Part shown: positions 47,408 to 57,360 of the stretch, piece after piece
Layout: every line of letters starts with the position of its first letter
Position numbering within the stretch: position 1 is the first letter of the stretch
Assembly: GCA_041390745.1 (NCBI GenBank)
Contig: JAWKPJ010000001.1
Coordinates: 515,387 to 579,386, forward strand
Source of the DNA: Thermomicrobiales bacterium
Lineage (GTDB): Bacteria; Chloroflexota; Chloroflexia; Thermomicrobiales; UBA6265
Length of the DNA stretch: 64,000 bases
Direction of reading: 5' to 3'
The notes under the pieces: generated by a model
The model's database searches: none
The model's input: the letters and a program-made list of their open reading frames with translations, nothing else
What the model was told of the DNA's origin: nothing
Program-made: the position numbers and the translations under genes

Positions 47408-48330
47408 TAGTAGTGAATCCTCGGGTCGATGCGGGCGTAGATCAGATCGACCACCAGGTTGACTGTTACGATCATGATGGCGATGGTGATGACGGCAGCC
47501 TCGATCACCGGCAAGTCCCGGCGCTCGATCGCCTGGATCAGCAGCACCCCAACGCCTGGCCAGCCGAAGAGCGTCTCGATGACAACGGCTCCGTTCAGCA
47601 GGGCAGCCGCCTCGTCGCCAGAAAGCGTAATAATCGGGATCGCGGCATTCTTCAGGGTGTGGGCAAGGATCACGCTCCGCTCGCGCAGGCCCTTGGCCCG
47701 CGCGGTGGTCACGTAGGTCTTGCTCAACTCGTCGAGCATCGAACTGCGCACCACCTGGCTGACTCGCCCCAGCGGCCGAAAGGCCAGGGCGAGCGCGGGC
47801 AGGATGACGTACTGCGCGCCTCCGTAGCCGGAGGTCGGCAACCACATCAGCCGGACCGCGAAGACGAGGATCAGCATGAGGCCGAGCCAGAAGTCAGCTG
47901 TGGAGACGCCAGTCAGGGAGACCAGCGTGACCAGCCGGTCTGCCAGAGAGCGTGGCCAGAGCGCCGAGATGATGCCGAGTATGACCGCCAGCGGCAGCGC
48001 CAGCAGGAGCGTGACGGTTGCGAGGTACAGGGTGGCCGGAATGCGCTCCAGGACGACCGGCAGGGCAGGCACGCGCTGCCAGATGGAAACCCCGAAGTCG
48101 CCGCGCGCCACATCGCTCATGTAGCGACCGAACTGCACGGGCAGCGGGTCGTTCAGGCCCAGCGACTCGCGCATCGCCTGCACCTGCTCATCCGTCGCCT
48201 CGGGCCGGAGCATCAGGCGCGCGGGGTCTCCCAGAGAGTGGGTCACGAAAAAGACGATAACCACCAGTCCGAGCAAGACGAACACGGAGTGGATGAATCG
48301 TCTGACCATGTAGGCAGCGATGGCTGGCAC
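47407..48330 (-). CDS. Peptide/opine/nickel-type ABC transporter permease (DppB/OppB-like)
   Basis: MVRRFIHSVFVLLGLVVIVFFVTH...YVTTARAKGLRERSVILAHTLKNA is typical. The start may be ATG 48309 instead of GTG 48330. Confidence 0.88.
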   Translation of the reverse strand: MPAIAAYMVRRFIHSVFVLLGLVVIVFFVTHSLGDPARLMLRPEATDEQVQAMRESLGLNDPLPVQFGRYMSDVARGDFGVSIWQRVPALPVVLERIPATLYLATVTLLLALPLAVILGIISALWPRSLADRLVTLVSLTGVSTADFWLGLMLILVFAVRLMWLPTSGYGGAQYVILPALALAFRPLGRVSQVVRSSMLDELSKTYVTTARAKGLRERSVILAHTLKNAAIPIITLSGDEAAALLNGAVVIETLFGWPGVGVLLIQAIERRDLPVIEAAVITIAIMIVTVNLVVDLIYARIDPRIHY

Positions 48331-48437
48331 ACCTCATGCGGGGCGCCGACGCGGGCGTCCCCAGGCGGGCTGCCCGACGAATGGCTATCAAGCGCCACAG
48401 GCGGAGGCGGCCACACGACCGCCTCCCGCCCGACCTG

Positions 48438-50066
48438 TTAGCTGGTGTACTTCATCTCCTTGACCAGAATGAATCCGTCCAACCGCGGCGTCCACTCCAG
48501 GTTTGCCGCCAGCCCGTAGTTGAGCGGCATGTGGATGATCGGGATCGCGCCGTAATCCTCGTAGAACATCGCAGTCACGGCGGCCAGCGCCTCCTGGCGC
48601 GCTTCGCCCGTGAGCGGGAGAGCCGCATTGAGCGCCTCATCGAGTTCCGGGTTGCAGTAGGTCGAGGACCCACCGTCGCAACTGTAGTAGGCGCGCGCCG
48701 TGCTGCTCACGTCCATGATCTCGTTGCCGTGGGGGTTGGTGCCGATCCAGCCGCGATCCACCGGCACATCGTGGTAGTTGATGTCGTACTGCTCGTTGTA
48801 CTGGGCAACCTCGATGACCTCGCTCGTGGCGTTCAACCCAATATCGTTAAGTTGGCTGGCCACATACTGCGCGAACTCCGCATTACGCAGGTAGATGCCC
48901 TGCCGGGTCGCGACGACAATCGGCGCGCTGACATCTACGCCATCGGCCGCAGCCTCTGCCACGAGCGCCTTGGCGGCTTCCATATCGTACGGGTAAGGCT
49001 CAAGTTCGGCGTTGTACCCGGTGGCCGAAGGGCCGACCAATTGCGACGCCGCTTCCCCGCCGCCAAAGAGCGAATCGGCGACGCCCTGCTTGTCGATCGC
49101 CATGCCGATGGCTTTGCGGATACGGAGATCGCTCATCGCCGGGTGCATGGTGTCGAGGCGCAGGAAGATTGTCTCCACGCTCGAGGCCGTCACGCACTGC
49201 GGCGTCGTGGCGCAGTCTTCCGGAGCGAGGAAGCGCGCAAACTGCGCCTCGCCCGTGTTCACCATCGCCGCCCGCACCGCCGACTCCGGCCGGGCGACGA
49301 ACTCGACATCCTTGATCGTCACGGCTCCGTAGGCGTCGTCCGCCGTGTTGCCCCACCACTCAGGAAACGCTTCGAGCCGCAGGGCCTGCCCACGCGTCCA
49401 GTCCACGAACTTGTACGGCCCGGTGCCAATCGGGTCAACCGGCAGCGTTTCCGGGCGCTCCTGCACCTGGATCATGTTGGGGATGGGGGAGAAATAGAGG
49501 CGCGACGGCAGAATCGGGTCGGGCGCCTCGGTTTCGACATCGATGGTGTACTCATCGACCACCGTGGCGTTCATGTCCGGGCCGACATACTGGTAAATCT
49601 GGAAGTTGTTTTCCGGCGACCACGTGTAGTTGATGCCGAACGCCGCGACCTCGGCGTTGAAGGGATCGCCGTTGTGGAACGTCACGCCCTCGCGCAGCTT
49701 GAACCGCCAGACCGTATCGCTCGTCTGTTCCCACGACGTTGCCAACTCACCCACCAGCTCGTTGGTCACCGGATCGCGGTTGAGCAGCGCTTCCATCACG
49801 TTGCGCAGCACGGGGTGGCCGTCCGTGCTGTACGCGCGCCAGTTCTCCAAAGTGTCAATCTCAACCGTCATGGCCAGCACGATCTTGCCGGTCGGCGCTT
49901 CGGCATCCTGCGCGCGCACCGTTGGCGCCGAGCGCGGCAGGAGCGCGGCGGCCGGAATCGACACGCCAAGCGCCGCCGCCCGCAACGTCAGTTCACGACG
50001 CGAGAGGCGGCCACGCGCCGCATCTTCGATCAGCCGGTCGAGTTGGACCCGATGCTGCCGTCCCAT
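48438..50066 (-). CDS. ABC transporter substrate-binding protein, family 5 (DppA/OppA-like), Tat signal
   Basis: A GGGAGG RBS is present. The signal is LSRRELTLRAAALGVSIPAAALL, followed by LVGELATSWEQTSDTVWRFKLREGVTFHNGDPF. Confidence 0.88.
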   Translation of the reverse strand: MGRQHRVQLDRLIEDAARGRLSRRELTLRAAALGVSIPAAALLPRSAPTVRAQDAEAPTGKIVLAMTVEIDTLENWRAYSTDGHPVLRNVMEALLNRDPVTNELVGELATSWEQTSDTVWRFKLREGVTFHNGDPFNAEVAAFGINYTWSPENNFQIYQYVGPDMNATVVDEYTIDVETEAPDPILPSRLYFSPIPNMIQVQERPETLPVDPIGTGPYKFVDWTRGQALRLEAFPEWWGNTADDAYGAVTIKDVEFVARPESAVRAAMVNTGEAQFARFLAPEDCATTPQCVTASSVETIFLRLDTMHPAMSDLRIRKAIGMAIDKQGVADSLFGGGEAASQLVGPSATGYNAELEPYPYDMEAAKALVAEAAADGVDVSAPIVVATRQGIYLRNAEFAQYVASQLNDIGLNATSEVIEVAQYNEQYDINYHDVPVDRGWIGTNPHGNEIMDVSSTARAYYSCDGGSSTYCNPELDEALNAALPLTGEARQEALAAVTAMFYEDYGAIPIIHMPLNYGLAANLEWTPRLDGFILVKEMKYTS

Positions 50067-50247
50067 GGATTGTGCCTCCCGATAAGCCCTGGCACGCAGG
50101 TCGCTCCACTGCTTCCTGCTCGACGTCCACGGCGTCGTGCGACCGCCCGATCACCCATCGTACTGCGATACAGCGATCAAACCATCGCGCGTGGCAGAAG
50201 TCAACTGGTCTGATCAATTGTGGCGGCCTTCGATGACGTCACGCCCG

Positions 50248-51435
50248 TCAGGCAGCCGCCGAAACGACCACCGTGGCGTCCTCGCGCTCCAGCACCTCGG
50301 GTAGCAGCGTTGTCCCCAGCCCCGGGGCCTCAGGCGGCAAGGCGAAGCCGTTCTCAATCGTGATATTGGTCGTCACCAGATCCGGGTAGAAGGTGCGGAT
50401 GAACGCGCGCACCGTCTCCTGGTACATCGCGTTCGGGGCATTCAGGGCCAGGTGGAGCCCGGCGAACAGGTTGATCGGGCCCGCGCAATCGTGGAACGTG
50501 ACGGGCAGATTGTGCGTCTCGGCCATCTGCCCGATCTTGCGCGCCTCGCTGATGCCGCCGCACCACGAAGGGTCAACCATGATGATGTCGGCGGCGCGCG
50601 CCTCCAGCAGCGGCTGGTACTCGTAACGCGTCATCAGCATCTCACTGGCGAGTAGGGGCGTGCGCGTGCTGCGACGCAACTCGGCGAGGGCGCTGATGCT
50701 GTCCGGCCGGATCAGGTCTTCGATCCAGAGTGGGGCAAACTCCTCGACCGCGTGCGCAATGCGCTTCGCGGCGGGCAGCGACCAGTGCCCGTGCCCCTCG
50801 ACCATGATCTCCATCTCGCGCCCAACCGCCTGCCGGATGCGGCGAAACGGCTCCAGGCCCGCGTCGAGCTCTGCCAGGCTGATGCGCTGCCCGCCCGAGC
50901 GCGCGGCGAAGGGATCGAACGGCCAGATTTTCATCCCCCGAATCCCCTCGGAGAGCAGGTCAGCGGCAAGTTCGTCCGCGCGGTGCGTAAAGGCGTCGAG
51001 GTCTTCCCAGGCGCCGCCCGAACCGATTCCCACCGCACGGTCAAGCTGCCGGGCGTAGACCGGGCCGGCGCAGGTGTTGTAGACGGGCATCCGATCGTGG
51101 CTGGCCCCGCCCAGCACCTGGTAGAGCGGCAGCCCGGCCGCCTGCCCCAGCAGGTCCCAGAGCGCGATGTCGAGCGCCGACAGTGCCCTGACCTCGACTC
51201 CTTTGGCCCCACAGCGCGAGGCAAGGTCGTAGATCTGCCGCCAGTGCCGATCGATTTGCAGCGGGTTCTTGCCGAGCAGCAAGGGTGCTGCGTAGTGATG
51301 GATAAAGCCGCGCAGTGCATCCGGCGCGTACTTCGTCTCGCCGTGGCCAATCAGGCCTTCGTCGGTGTGCAGGCGGACAAACAGCAGCGTAGCGTGCTCC
51401 GCGAGATGGATGGTTTCGATCCGGGTTAACCGCAT
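50248..51435 (-). CDS. Enolase-superfamily enzyme (mandelate racemase/muconate lactonising family, acid-sugar dehydratase-like)
   Basis: An AAGGAGAGG RBS precedes ATG 51435. ALSALDIALWDLLGQAAGLPLYQVLGG...MVEGHGHW...PLWIEDL...ASEM is typical of the family. Confidence 0.88.
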   Translation of the reverse strand: MRLTRIETIHLAEHATLLFVRLHTDEGLIGHGETKYAPDALRGFIHHYAAPLLLGKNPLQIDRHWRQIYDLASRCGAKGVEVRALSALDIALWDLLGQAAGLPLYQVLGGASHDRMPVYNTCAGPVYARQLDRAVGIGSGGAWEDLDAFTHRADELAADLLSEGIRGMKIWPFDPFAARSGGQRISLAELDAGLEPFRRIRQAVGREMEIMVEGHGHWSLPAAKRIAHAVEEFAPLWIEDLIRPDSISALAELRRSTRTPLLASEMLMTRYEYQPLLEARAADIIMVDPSWCGGISEARKIGQMAETHNLPVTFHDCAGPINLFAGLHLALNAPNAMYQETVRAFIRTFYPDLVTTNITIENGFALPPEAPGLGTTLLPEVLEREDATVVVSAAA

Positions 51436-51533
51436 GTGCGTCCTCTCCTTGCCGCGCGTCGTATCCCGACCGTGGAACGGCGGATATACTGCCTGTCTGC
51501 CACGTAGCGAAATGCCCAACGGGAGAAACGCCT

Positions 51534-52256
51534 GTGTCCGACTTGACGCCGGTTGCCCCGGAAGTTCTGGAGTGGCTCTCCAGGGCAAGCACGGCGACCA
51601 TCACCACGCAACTGTTTCAGCGCGGCCTGCGCAACCTCTTCCTGAATGGCCTGAAACCCCTGAACCCCCGCCACTGCCGCTTCGTTGGGGAAGCCGTCAC
51701 TTTGCGCAACATCCCAATGCGAGAGGATCTCGACCGGCTCGAGAACTTCCGAAATCCAGAGCATCCCCAGCGCAAGGCCATCGAAATGGTTGGTCCGGGC
51801 CAGGTGCTGGTTATGGACTGCCGTGGCGATCTGCGCGGCGCCTCCGGCGGCAACATTCTTATTTCCCGCCTGCGGATGCGCGGCGCGGCCGGCCTTGTCA
51901 GCGACGGCGCGGTTCGCGATTCCCCGGACATTGCCCGCAACCCGTTTCCGGTCTTCGCCGCCGGACAGTCGGCCAATCTCAATCTCGTCGTCCACCACGC
52001 CGTCGATATCAACGTGCCTGTCGCCTGTGCGGGCGTCCCGGTCTTCCCCGGCGACATCATTGTCGGCGACGAAGAGGGCGTCGTGGTCGTGCCGCGTCAC
52101 CTCGCCGCCGAGATCGCGCGGCCAGCCGCCGAGCAAGAGGACCTTGAGCGCTTCGTCCTCGAAAAGATCGAGGGCGGCGCCGCCCTTCCCGGAACCTACC
52201 CGCCCAACGAGCAAACGCTGGCCGAGTACCAGGCGTGGCGGCAGCGCCACGCCTGA
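51534..52256 (+). CDS. RraA-family protein (RraA / 4-hydroxy-4-methyl-2-oxoglutarate aldolase-like)
   Basis: The motifs are GQVLVMDCRGDLRGASGGNILISRLRMRGAAGLVSDGAVRD and PGDIIVGDEEGVVVVP. Confidence 0.8.
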   Translation: MSDLTPVAPEVLEWLSRASTATITTQLFQRGLRNLFLNGLKPLNPRHCRFVGEAVTLRNIPMREDLDRLENFRNPEHPQRKAIEMVGPGQVLVMDCRGDLRGASGGNILISRLRMRGAAGLVSDGAVRDSPDIARNPFPVFAAGQSANLNLVVHHAVDINVPVACAGVPVFPGDIIVGDEEGVVVVPRHLAAEIARPAAEQEDLERFVLEKIEGGAALPGTYPPNEQTLAEYQAWRQRHA

Positions 52257-52356
52257 CCGTGGCTCGTCGAGAAACGGGAACCGGATTGGCGATTGCTGAT
52301 TCAGTCGCGCGACGGCCAACTCAGTTGCACGATGCTGCGCGGACGGTCACGCGCCA

Positions 52357-53247
52357 TCAGACGCCGGGTTTCTCCAGGGCGTCAGCCAGGGCGTTGACGA
52401 CATCGTAGGCGTCCCGGTTCGGGTCGCGCGTTTCCGGCGTCTCCTTACCCAGGGGCGTCGTCTCAACGAAGCGGTACATATCCGCCGCGCCTTCCAGCAT
52501 CCTGGGCGTCATGCCCAGGGCACGGAAGGTGGCGGCGATCTCCTCCATCTCGCCCACCCAGCGGTAGGACTTGGGCGGCATCCCCGGGATCGCGCCCTCG
52601 AGCCAGCCGAGTACGGCCGGAATGCTCTCTCGCTGCTCGTCGCGCAGCGCCTGGTCCAGGCCCATCAGGTGGGCCGCCATGAGCAGTTCCGTGCCGAGGG
52701 CGATCAGGCCCTTGGTCAGCGCTGCGTAGCACATCTTCAGCCCGGAAGCCTGGCCAACCCGGTCGCCTATCACGCGCACATCCAACCCGGCAGCAGCGAG
52801 TTCGGCAAACTCGGCGGCTCCGGGGCCAGAGGCGTAGATTCGCGTGGTCCCCGGCTTGCGCGGCGGTGGGCCCACGATCCCGGCGTCAGAGAAGCGCCCC
52901 CCGGCAGCAAGGATCCTGGCGCCGATCTGCTCTACCGTCGCCGGCGCAATCGCGTTGCAGTCCACGTAGAGCAGGCTCGCGCCAGTCCGCTCCAGCGCCA
53001 TCGCCACCTGATCGGCAACAGCGGTCGCGCCAGCCGGCGCCAGCACACTGAGCAGTATCTCCGCTTCGCTCACCAGTTCATCGAGGCTCGTTGTGTCTTC
53101 TATCCCGGCCTGTGCGGCCAGGTCTCGGCTGCGCGCACTGCGGTCACCGAGGTACGTGAGCACTCGCAAGCCATTGTTGTGGAGCACGCCCCCGATGGTA
53201 TGCCCCATCTCGCCCGGGCTCAGCAGTCCTACCGTCTGGATCACCAC
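52357..53247 (-). CDS. NAD(P)-dependent oxidoreductase (beta-hydroxyacid/6-phosphogluconate dehydrogenase NAD-binding family)
   Basis: The N-terminal Rossmann motif is VGLLSPGEMGHTIGGVL, followed by GQASGLKMCYAALTKG. Confidence 0.75.
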   Translation of the reverse strand: MVIQTVGLLSPGEMGHTIGGVLHNNGLRVLTYLGDRSARSRDLAAQAGIEDTTSLDELVSEAEILLSVLAPAGATAVADQVAMALERTGASLLYVDCNAIAPATVEQIGARILAAGGRFSDAGIVGPPPRKPGTTRIYASGPGAAEFAELAAAGLDVRVIGDRVGQASGLKMCYAALTKGLIALGTELLMAAHLMGLDQALRDEQRESIPAVLGWLEGAIPGMPPKSYRWVGEMEEIAATFRALGMTPRMLEGAADMYRFVETTPLGKETPETRDPNRDAYDVVNALADALEKPGV

Positions 53248-53599
53248 CTGCCGCTCCTCTCTCTGCGCCGCTCATCACGCACCCAGCAATTGCTGGCCAG
53301 GCGCCACTTTCGGCCCAGCCCACGGCTGCATCTTGCCACACTGTTCCGGGGCCATCGCACGCTACCGCCACACGGCAGGCACAATGCTGAAGCGCGGCGA
53401 CAACGGCCTACCCGGCGCCAGACAAACCCACTGCCCGCCCCGCGTGCATGAACCCACCTGTCTCGCGTGAGCGCTGCCCGCCTGCCTCGAACGCATTCCG
53501 CCACTGGCGGCTGACGCAAGGCAGCTGATCCTGCAGCGTTTCACCGGCCGCAACGAGAATCGGGACGCTGCGCCCTTCCGGATGTGCCCGTGACTCACA

Positions 53600-54445
53600 C
53601 TACCGGCGGGCAGTTACGAAAATCGCTTCGCTGGAGATACGGATCACATCGCCGACCCGTTTTGCTTCGAGCGCCGCCAGCACGCGCTCGCGCAGAGCCT
53701 CGCGCTCATCGGCTGGCAACGCACCCAGCCGCCCGGTCAGGGGGTTGCCGGGGTCACTTGTCCAACGCGTCCACTCAGCTTCTGCGCTCGGCACGTCGTA
53801 CGCATACGTGAACGGCTGCACGGCGACCTCCCGGAAGCCCGCCTCGCTCACCAGCCGCTCAACCAGGCCGGGCTCACCCAGGCTCAGCGGCGAAGGCGGC
53901 GGAGGCCCGGGCGTTGGCGGCAACGCGGCGCCAACCATGCCGGCCACAGTGAAGATGCCCACGCGCTCGGCGACGCTCCACACGGCCAGCCCCAGGGCGC
54001 CGCCGGGCTTGAGCACCCGGTGCATCTCGCGCAGGGCGAGCACCTTGTCCGGCACGAACATCAGGCCAAACTGGCAGAACACCGCGTCAAATGCGTCGTC
54101 AGGCAGTGCCAGGGCGTCCGCAGACATGACCTCGAACGCAACATTCGCGACCCCCGCCTCCGCCGCAGTTTCGGCTACGTACGGCGCCCACTCTGCCACG
54201 AAGTCGGTGGCTACCACCTTGCCGGCCGGGCCAACACGTTGCGCCGCCGCGACCGCCACCACGCCCGTGCCGGTCGCGATGTCCAGGACATTCGCGCCTT
54301 CACCCGGCGCGACGAGGTCCACCAGGGCCGCCGCGTAGTACCGGGTATTCTGCGCGCCCTCCCGGGCAAACGTCGCGACACGGGACACCCACATTTGCCG
54401 GGAAGCTTCGGTTTCGTCGCCTGGTCGGCTCGCTGTCGTACTCAT
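53600..54445 (-). CDS. Class I SAM-dependent methyltransferase
   Basis: Motif I is VLDIATGTGVVAVAAA, with FDAVFCQFGLMFVP and LKPGGALGLAVW. ATG 54445 was chosen over the ORF-track start at 54757. Confidence 0.8.
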   Translation of the reverse strand: MSTTASRPGDETEASRQMWVSRVATFAREGAQNTRYYAAALVDLVAPGEGANVLDIATGTGVVAVAAAQRVGPAGKVVATDFVAEWAPYVAETAAEAGVANVAFEVMSADALALPDDAFDAVFCQFGLMFVPDKVLALREMHRVLKPGGALGLAVWSVAERVGIFTVAGMVGAALPPTPGPPPPSPLSLGEPGLVERLVSEAGFREVAVQPFTYAYDVPSAEAEWTRWTSDPGNPLTGRLGALPADEREALRERVLAALEAKRVGDVIRISSEAIFVTARR

Positions 54446-54604
54446 GCCATCCCCTATTGCTACGCGGCCAGAAATGTCGCGGTATGACTGGCGTGCTGTA
54501 ACACAAACCCTACCCGGATGTCCCGGAAACGGGTAGAATAGACAGTTGTCGCCGCCCTGCATTCCGCCTGTTCGCGGTTTCTCCGGCGCGGCAAATCGCC
54601 CTTG

Positions 54605-54633
54605 TTGAATCGCCCGAGAAACCCTCCCCAACT
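54605..54633 (+). promoter_or_regulatory. Heat-shock (sigma32-type)-like promoter motif upstream of lon
   Basis: TTGAAT (54605-54610), a 15-nt spacer and CCCCAACT (54626-54633) resemble CTTGAAA-N13-17-CCCCATNT. The motif lies 45 nt upstream of ATG 54679. It is not established that this lineage uses such a sigma factor. Confidence 0.3.
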
Positions 54634-54678
54634 GGCGCGGTTGCACCGCGTCAGGCTGGAAACTGGAAAGATTGTTAC

Positions 54679-57297
54679 ATGTCATCTCGTACATCTGATG
54701 GAACTGCTCCGGAAGCAGAAGCCCTGCCGGAGCAGGCCGCACCAGAGCAGGCTGCACCGGTCAAGCCGCGCGCGACTCGCTCGCGCAGCCGCAAGACCGC
54801 GCGCAAGCCACCGCAGGTGATGCTGCCGGTGCTCGTGGTCGCGGAGACCATTCTGCTGCCCCACATGTCGATCCCCTTTCCCATTGAAGATGAAGAGGCC
54901 GCGCGCGTCGTTGAGCGGGCAACGCGCGGCGAGAGCCGCCATGTCCTGGTCCTGACCGAGCGCCCCGTTCCGCCAGACACTGGCGCCCTGGACGAGGATG
55001 GTGAACTGCGCGCCCTTCTGGCAGACGCCATTATTGAAGCGGCAGCCCACTCCAACCTTGATGATGAGCCGCAGTGGATTCCCGATCCCGAGCCAGCGCC
55101 ACAGGAGTATGAGCTGTGCGGCGTCGGCGTGATCGCCGAAATCGCCCAGTTCCGCCCCAGCGGCAGCCGCCACGTGGTGTTGCAGGGCGTTGCCCGCGGC
55201 ATCGTGACGGAACTGGTACAACAGGAGCCCTATCTCGTGGCGCGGGTCACCCGCCACGATGACCCGGTCGATTCCACCTCCGCCGCCGAAGCAGCCATGA
55301 CCGCCGTCATGGAGCAGGTGGAAAGCTACATCAGCATGCTTCCCAACGTGCCGGAAGAAGTGCTGACGATGGTGCGCGGCGTCGAGGAGCCTGGCTGGCT
55401 CTCGGACCTCATTGCCTTTTCCCCGGAGTTCACCTCGGACCAGCGGCAGGAACTGCTGGAAATCCTGGACCCAACCGAGCGCCTGCACCGCCTGAGCATC
55501 CTGATCCAGAAGCGGCTCGATGTCATGAACCTGCGCCAGCAGATTCAGACCGAGGCGCAGGCCGGCATGGACAAGCAACAGCGCGAGTACTACCTGCGCG
55601 AGCAGCTTCGCGCCATCCAGAAGGAACTCGGCGAGGCCGGTACCGAGGCAGCCGTCGCGAACGAGCTGCGCGACAAGATCGAGGCCGCCGGCATGCCCGA
55701 GGAGGTGCGGCAGAAGGCCCTGGTGCAGGTGGAGCGGCTGGAACAGCAGCACCCCTTCTCCCCGGAGATCGGCGTAATCCGCGGCTACCTGGACTGGCTG
55801 ATCGACCTGCCCTGGTCCACAGAAACGGTGGACCGGCTCGACCTGGCCGAGGCGGCGCGCGTACTCAGCGAGGATCACTACGGCCTGGAGAAGGTCAAGG
55901 AGCGTATCCTCGAGTTCATCGCCGTCCGCAAGCTCGCGGGCGACCGCCTGCGCGCTCCCATCCTCTGCTTTGTCGGCCCTCCCGGCGTCGGCAAGACGAG
56001 CCTTGGCCGCTCGATCGCGCGCGCCATTGGCCGCAACTACGTACGGATGTCTCTGGGCGGCGTGCGGGACGAGGCCGAAATCCGGGGGCACCGCCGCACC
56101 TACGTTGGGGCCATGCCTGGCCGCGTCATCAAGGCTCTCAAGGACGCCAAAAGCCGCAACCCGGTGCTGGTGCTGGACGAGATCGACAAGGTCGGCTCGG
56201 ACACCTTCCGGGGCGACCCGTCGTCGGCCCTGCTGGAGGTTCTGGACCCGGAGCAGAACACCACCTTCTCCGACCACTACCTGGAGGTGCCGTTTGACCT
56301 CTCCAAGGTGATCTTCATCACGACCGCCAACTTGCTGGACCCCATTCCCGCCGCGCTGCGGGACCGCATGGAGATCATCGAAGTCACCGGCTACACCGAA
56401 ATTGAGAAGATGGCGATTGCGCGGCAATTCCTGCTGCCGAAGACCCTCGATTCTCACGGCCTGGAGCCGGACCAGTTGGAGGCCACCGACGAGGCCCTGC
56501 GCAAACTGATCCGCGAATACACCGAGGAATCGGGCGTCCGCAACCTCGAACGCGAGATCGGCTCGCTCTGCCGCAAGGTGGCCAAGATCCTGGCAGCAGA
56601 CAATCCGCCCGCCTCCATCACGGTTGATGCGGACGATGTCGCCGCCTACCTCGGCGTCCCGAAGTATGACTACGGACTCGCTGAAGAGCAGGACGAAGTC
56701 GGCGTGGCCACCGGCGCGGCCGTCACCAGCGTTGGCGGCGACCTGCTCGGCATCGAGGTGCTGATCATGCCCGGCAAGGGCGATCTGATCCTTACCGGGC
56801 AGCTTGGCGAGGTGATGCAGGAGTCCGCCCGCGCCGCGCTCTCCTACGCCCGCGCCCGCACGGCAGACTACGGCCTGCCGGCGGACTTCTTCGACCGCAA
56901 CAACATCCACGTCCACGTCCCGGCGGGCGCCATTCCCAAGGATGGTCCGTCTGCTGGCATCACCATGGCCACCGCGCTCATCTCCGCCCTCACCGGGCGG
57001 CAGGTGCGCAAGGATGTCGCCATGACCGGGGAGATCACCCTGCGCGGCAAGGTCCTCCCTATCGGCGGCTTGCGCGAAAAGACCGTTGCCGCGCACCGGG
57101 GCGGCATCAAGACCTTTATCCTGCCGCGCCGCAACGCCAAGGATCTCGCCGAGTTGCCCGCCGTCGTTCGCGACGGCATGGAATTGATCCAGGTCGACTC
57201 GCTGGAGCAGGTGCTCTCCGCCGCCCTCCTGCCCTCAACAGCGAGCGTCGCGCCGCTTCTGCCCCCCGCTGGCGGCGTCGCGCCGCTGCACGGCTAG
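54679..57297 (+). CDS. lon: ATP-dependent Lon protease (LonA)
   Basis: Walker A GPPGVGKTS, Walker B VLVLDEIDK and the catalytic Ser in PKDGPSAGITMATAL are present, with the N-domain LPVLVVAETILLPHMSIPFPI. The N-terminal 46 aa are low-complexity, so the start is uncertain. Confidence 0.97.
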   Translation: MSSRTSDGTAPEAEALPEQAAPEQAAPVKPRATRSRSRKTARKPPQVMLPVLVVAETILLPHMSIPFPIEDEEAARVVERATRGESRHVLVLTERPVPPDTGALDEDGELRALLADAIIEAAAHSNLDDEPQWIPDPEPAPQEYELCGVGVIAEIAQFRPSGSRHVVLQGVARGIVTELVQQEPYLVARVTRHDDPVDSTSAAEAAMTAVMEQVESYISMLPNVPEEVLTMVRGVEEPGWLSDLIAFSPEFTSDQRQELLEILDPTERLHRLSILIQKRLDVMNLRQQIQTEAQAGMDKQQREYYLREQLRAIQKELGEAGTEAAVANELRDKIEAAGMPEEVRQKALVQVERLEQQHPFSPEIGVIRGYLDWLIDLPWSTETVDRLDLAEAARVLSEDHYGLEKVKERILEFIAVRKLAGDRLRAPILCFVGPPGVGKTSLGRSIARAIGRNYVRMSLGGVRDEAEIRGHRRTYVGAMPGRVIKALKDAKSRNPVLVLDEIDKVGSDTFRGDPSSALLEVLDPEQNTTFSDHYLEVPFDLSKVIFITTANLLDPIPAALRDRMEIIEVTGYTEIEKMAIARQFLLPKTLDSHGLEPDQLEATDEALRKLIREYTEESGVRNLEREIGSLCRKVAKILAADNPPASITVDADDVAAYLGVPKYDYGLAEEQDEVGVATGAAVTSVGGDLLGIEVLIMPGKGDLILTGQLGEVMQESARAALSYARARTADYGLPADFFDRNNIHVHVPAGAIPKDGPSAGITMATALISALTGRQVRKDVAMTGEITLRGKVLPIGGLREKTVAAHRGGIKTFILPRRNAKDLAELPAVVRDGMELIQVDSLEQVLSAALLPSTASVAPLLPPAGGVAPLHG

Positions 57298-57319
57298 GCG
57301 AGGACAAGACCCTCGGACC

Positions 57320-57360
57320 GCCTCACTCCCGGCGTGCCGGGAGTGAGGCTTTTCCTTTCT
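57320..57360 (+). terminator. Rho-independent terminator of lon
   Basis: A 13-bp stem (GCCTCACTCCCGG / CCGGGAGTGAGGC) with a CGTG loop is followed by TTTTCCTTTCT. Confidence 0.9.

Noticed and set aside
36913-50213. Plus-strand ORFs 36913-38019, 39657-40913, 40372-41838, 47290-48441 and 48336-50213.
   Set aside because: They are antisense to the sugar and peptide ABC transporter genes. No motifs are recognisable.
54682-57096. The 804-aa minus-strand ORF opposite lon.
   Set aside because: It is an antisense shadow of a clearly recognisable Lon protease. It has no motifs and typical GC-artefact composition.
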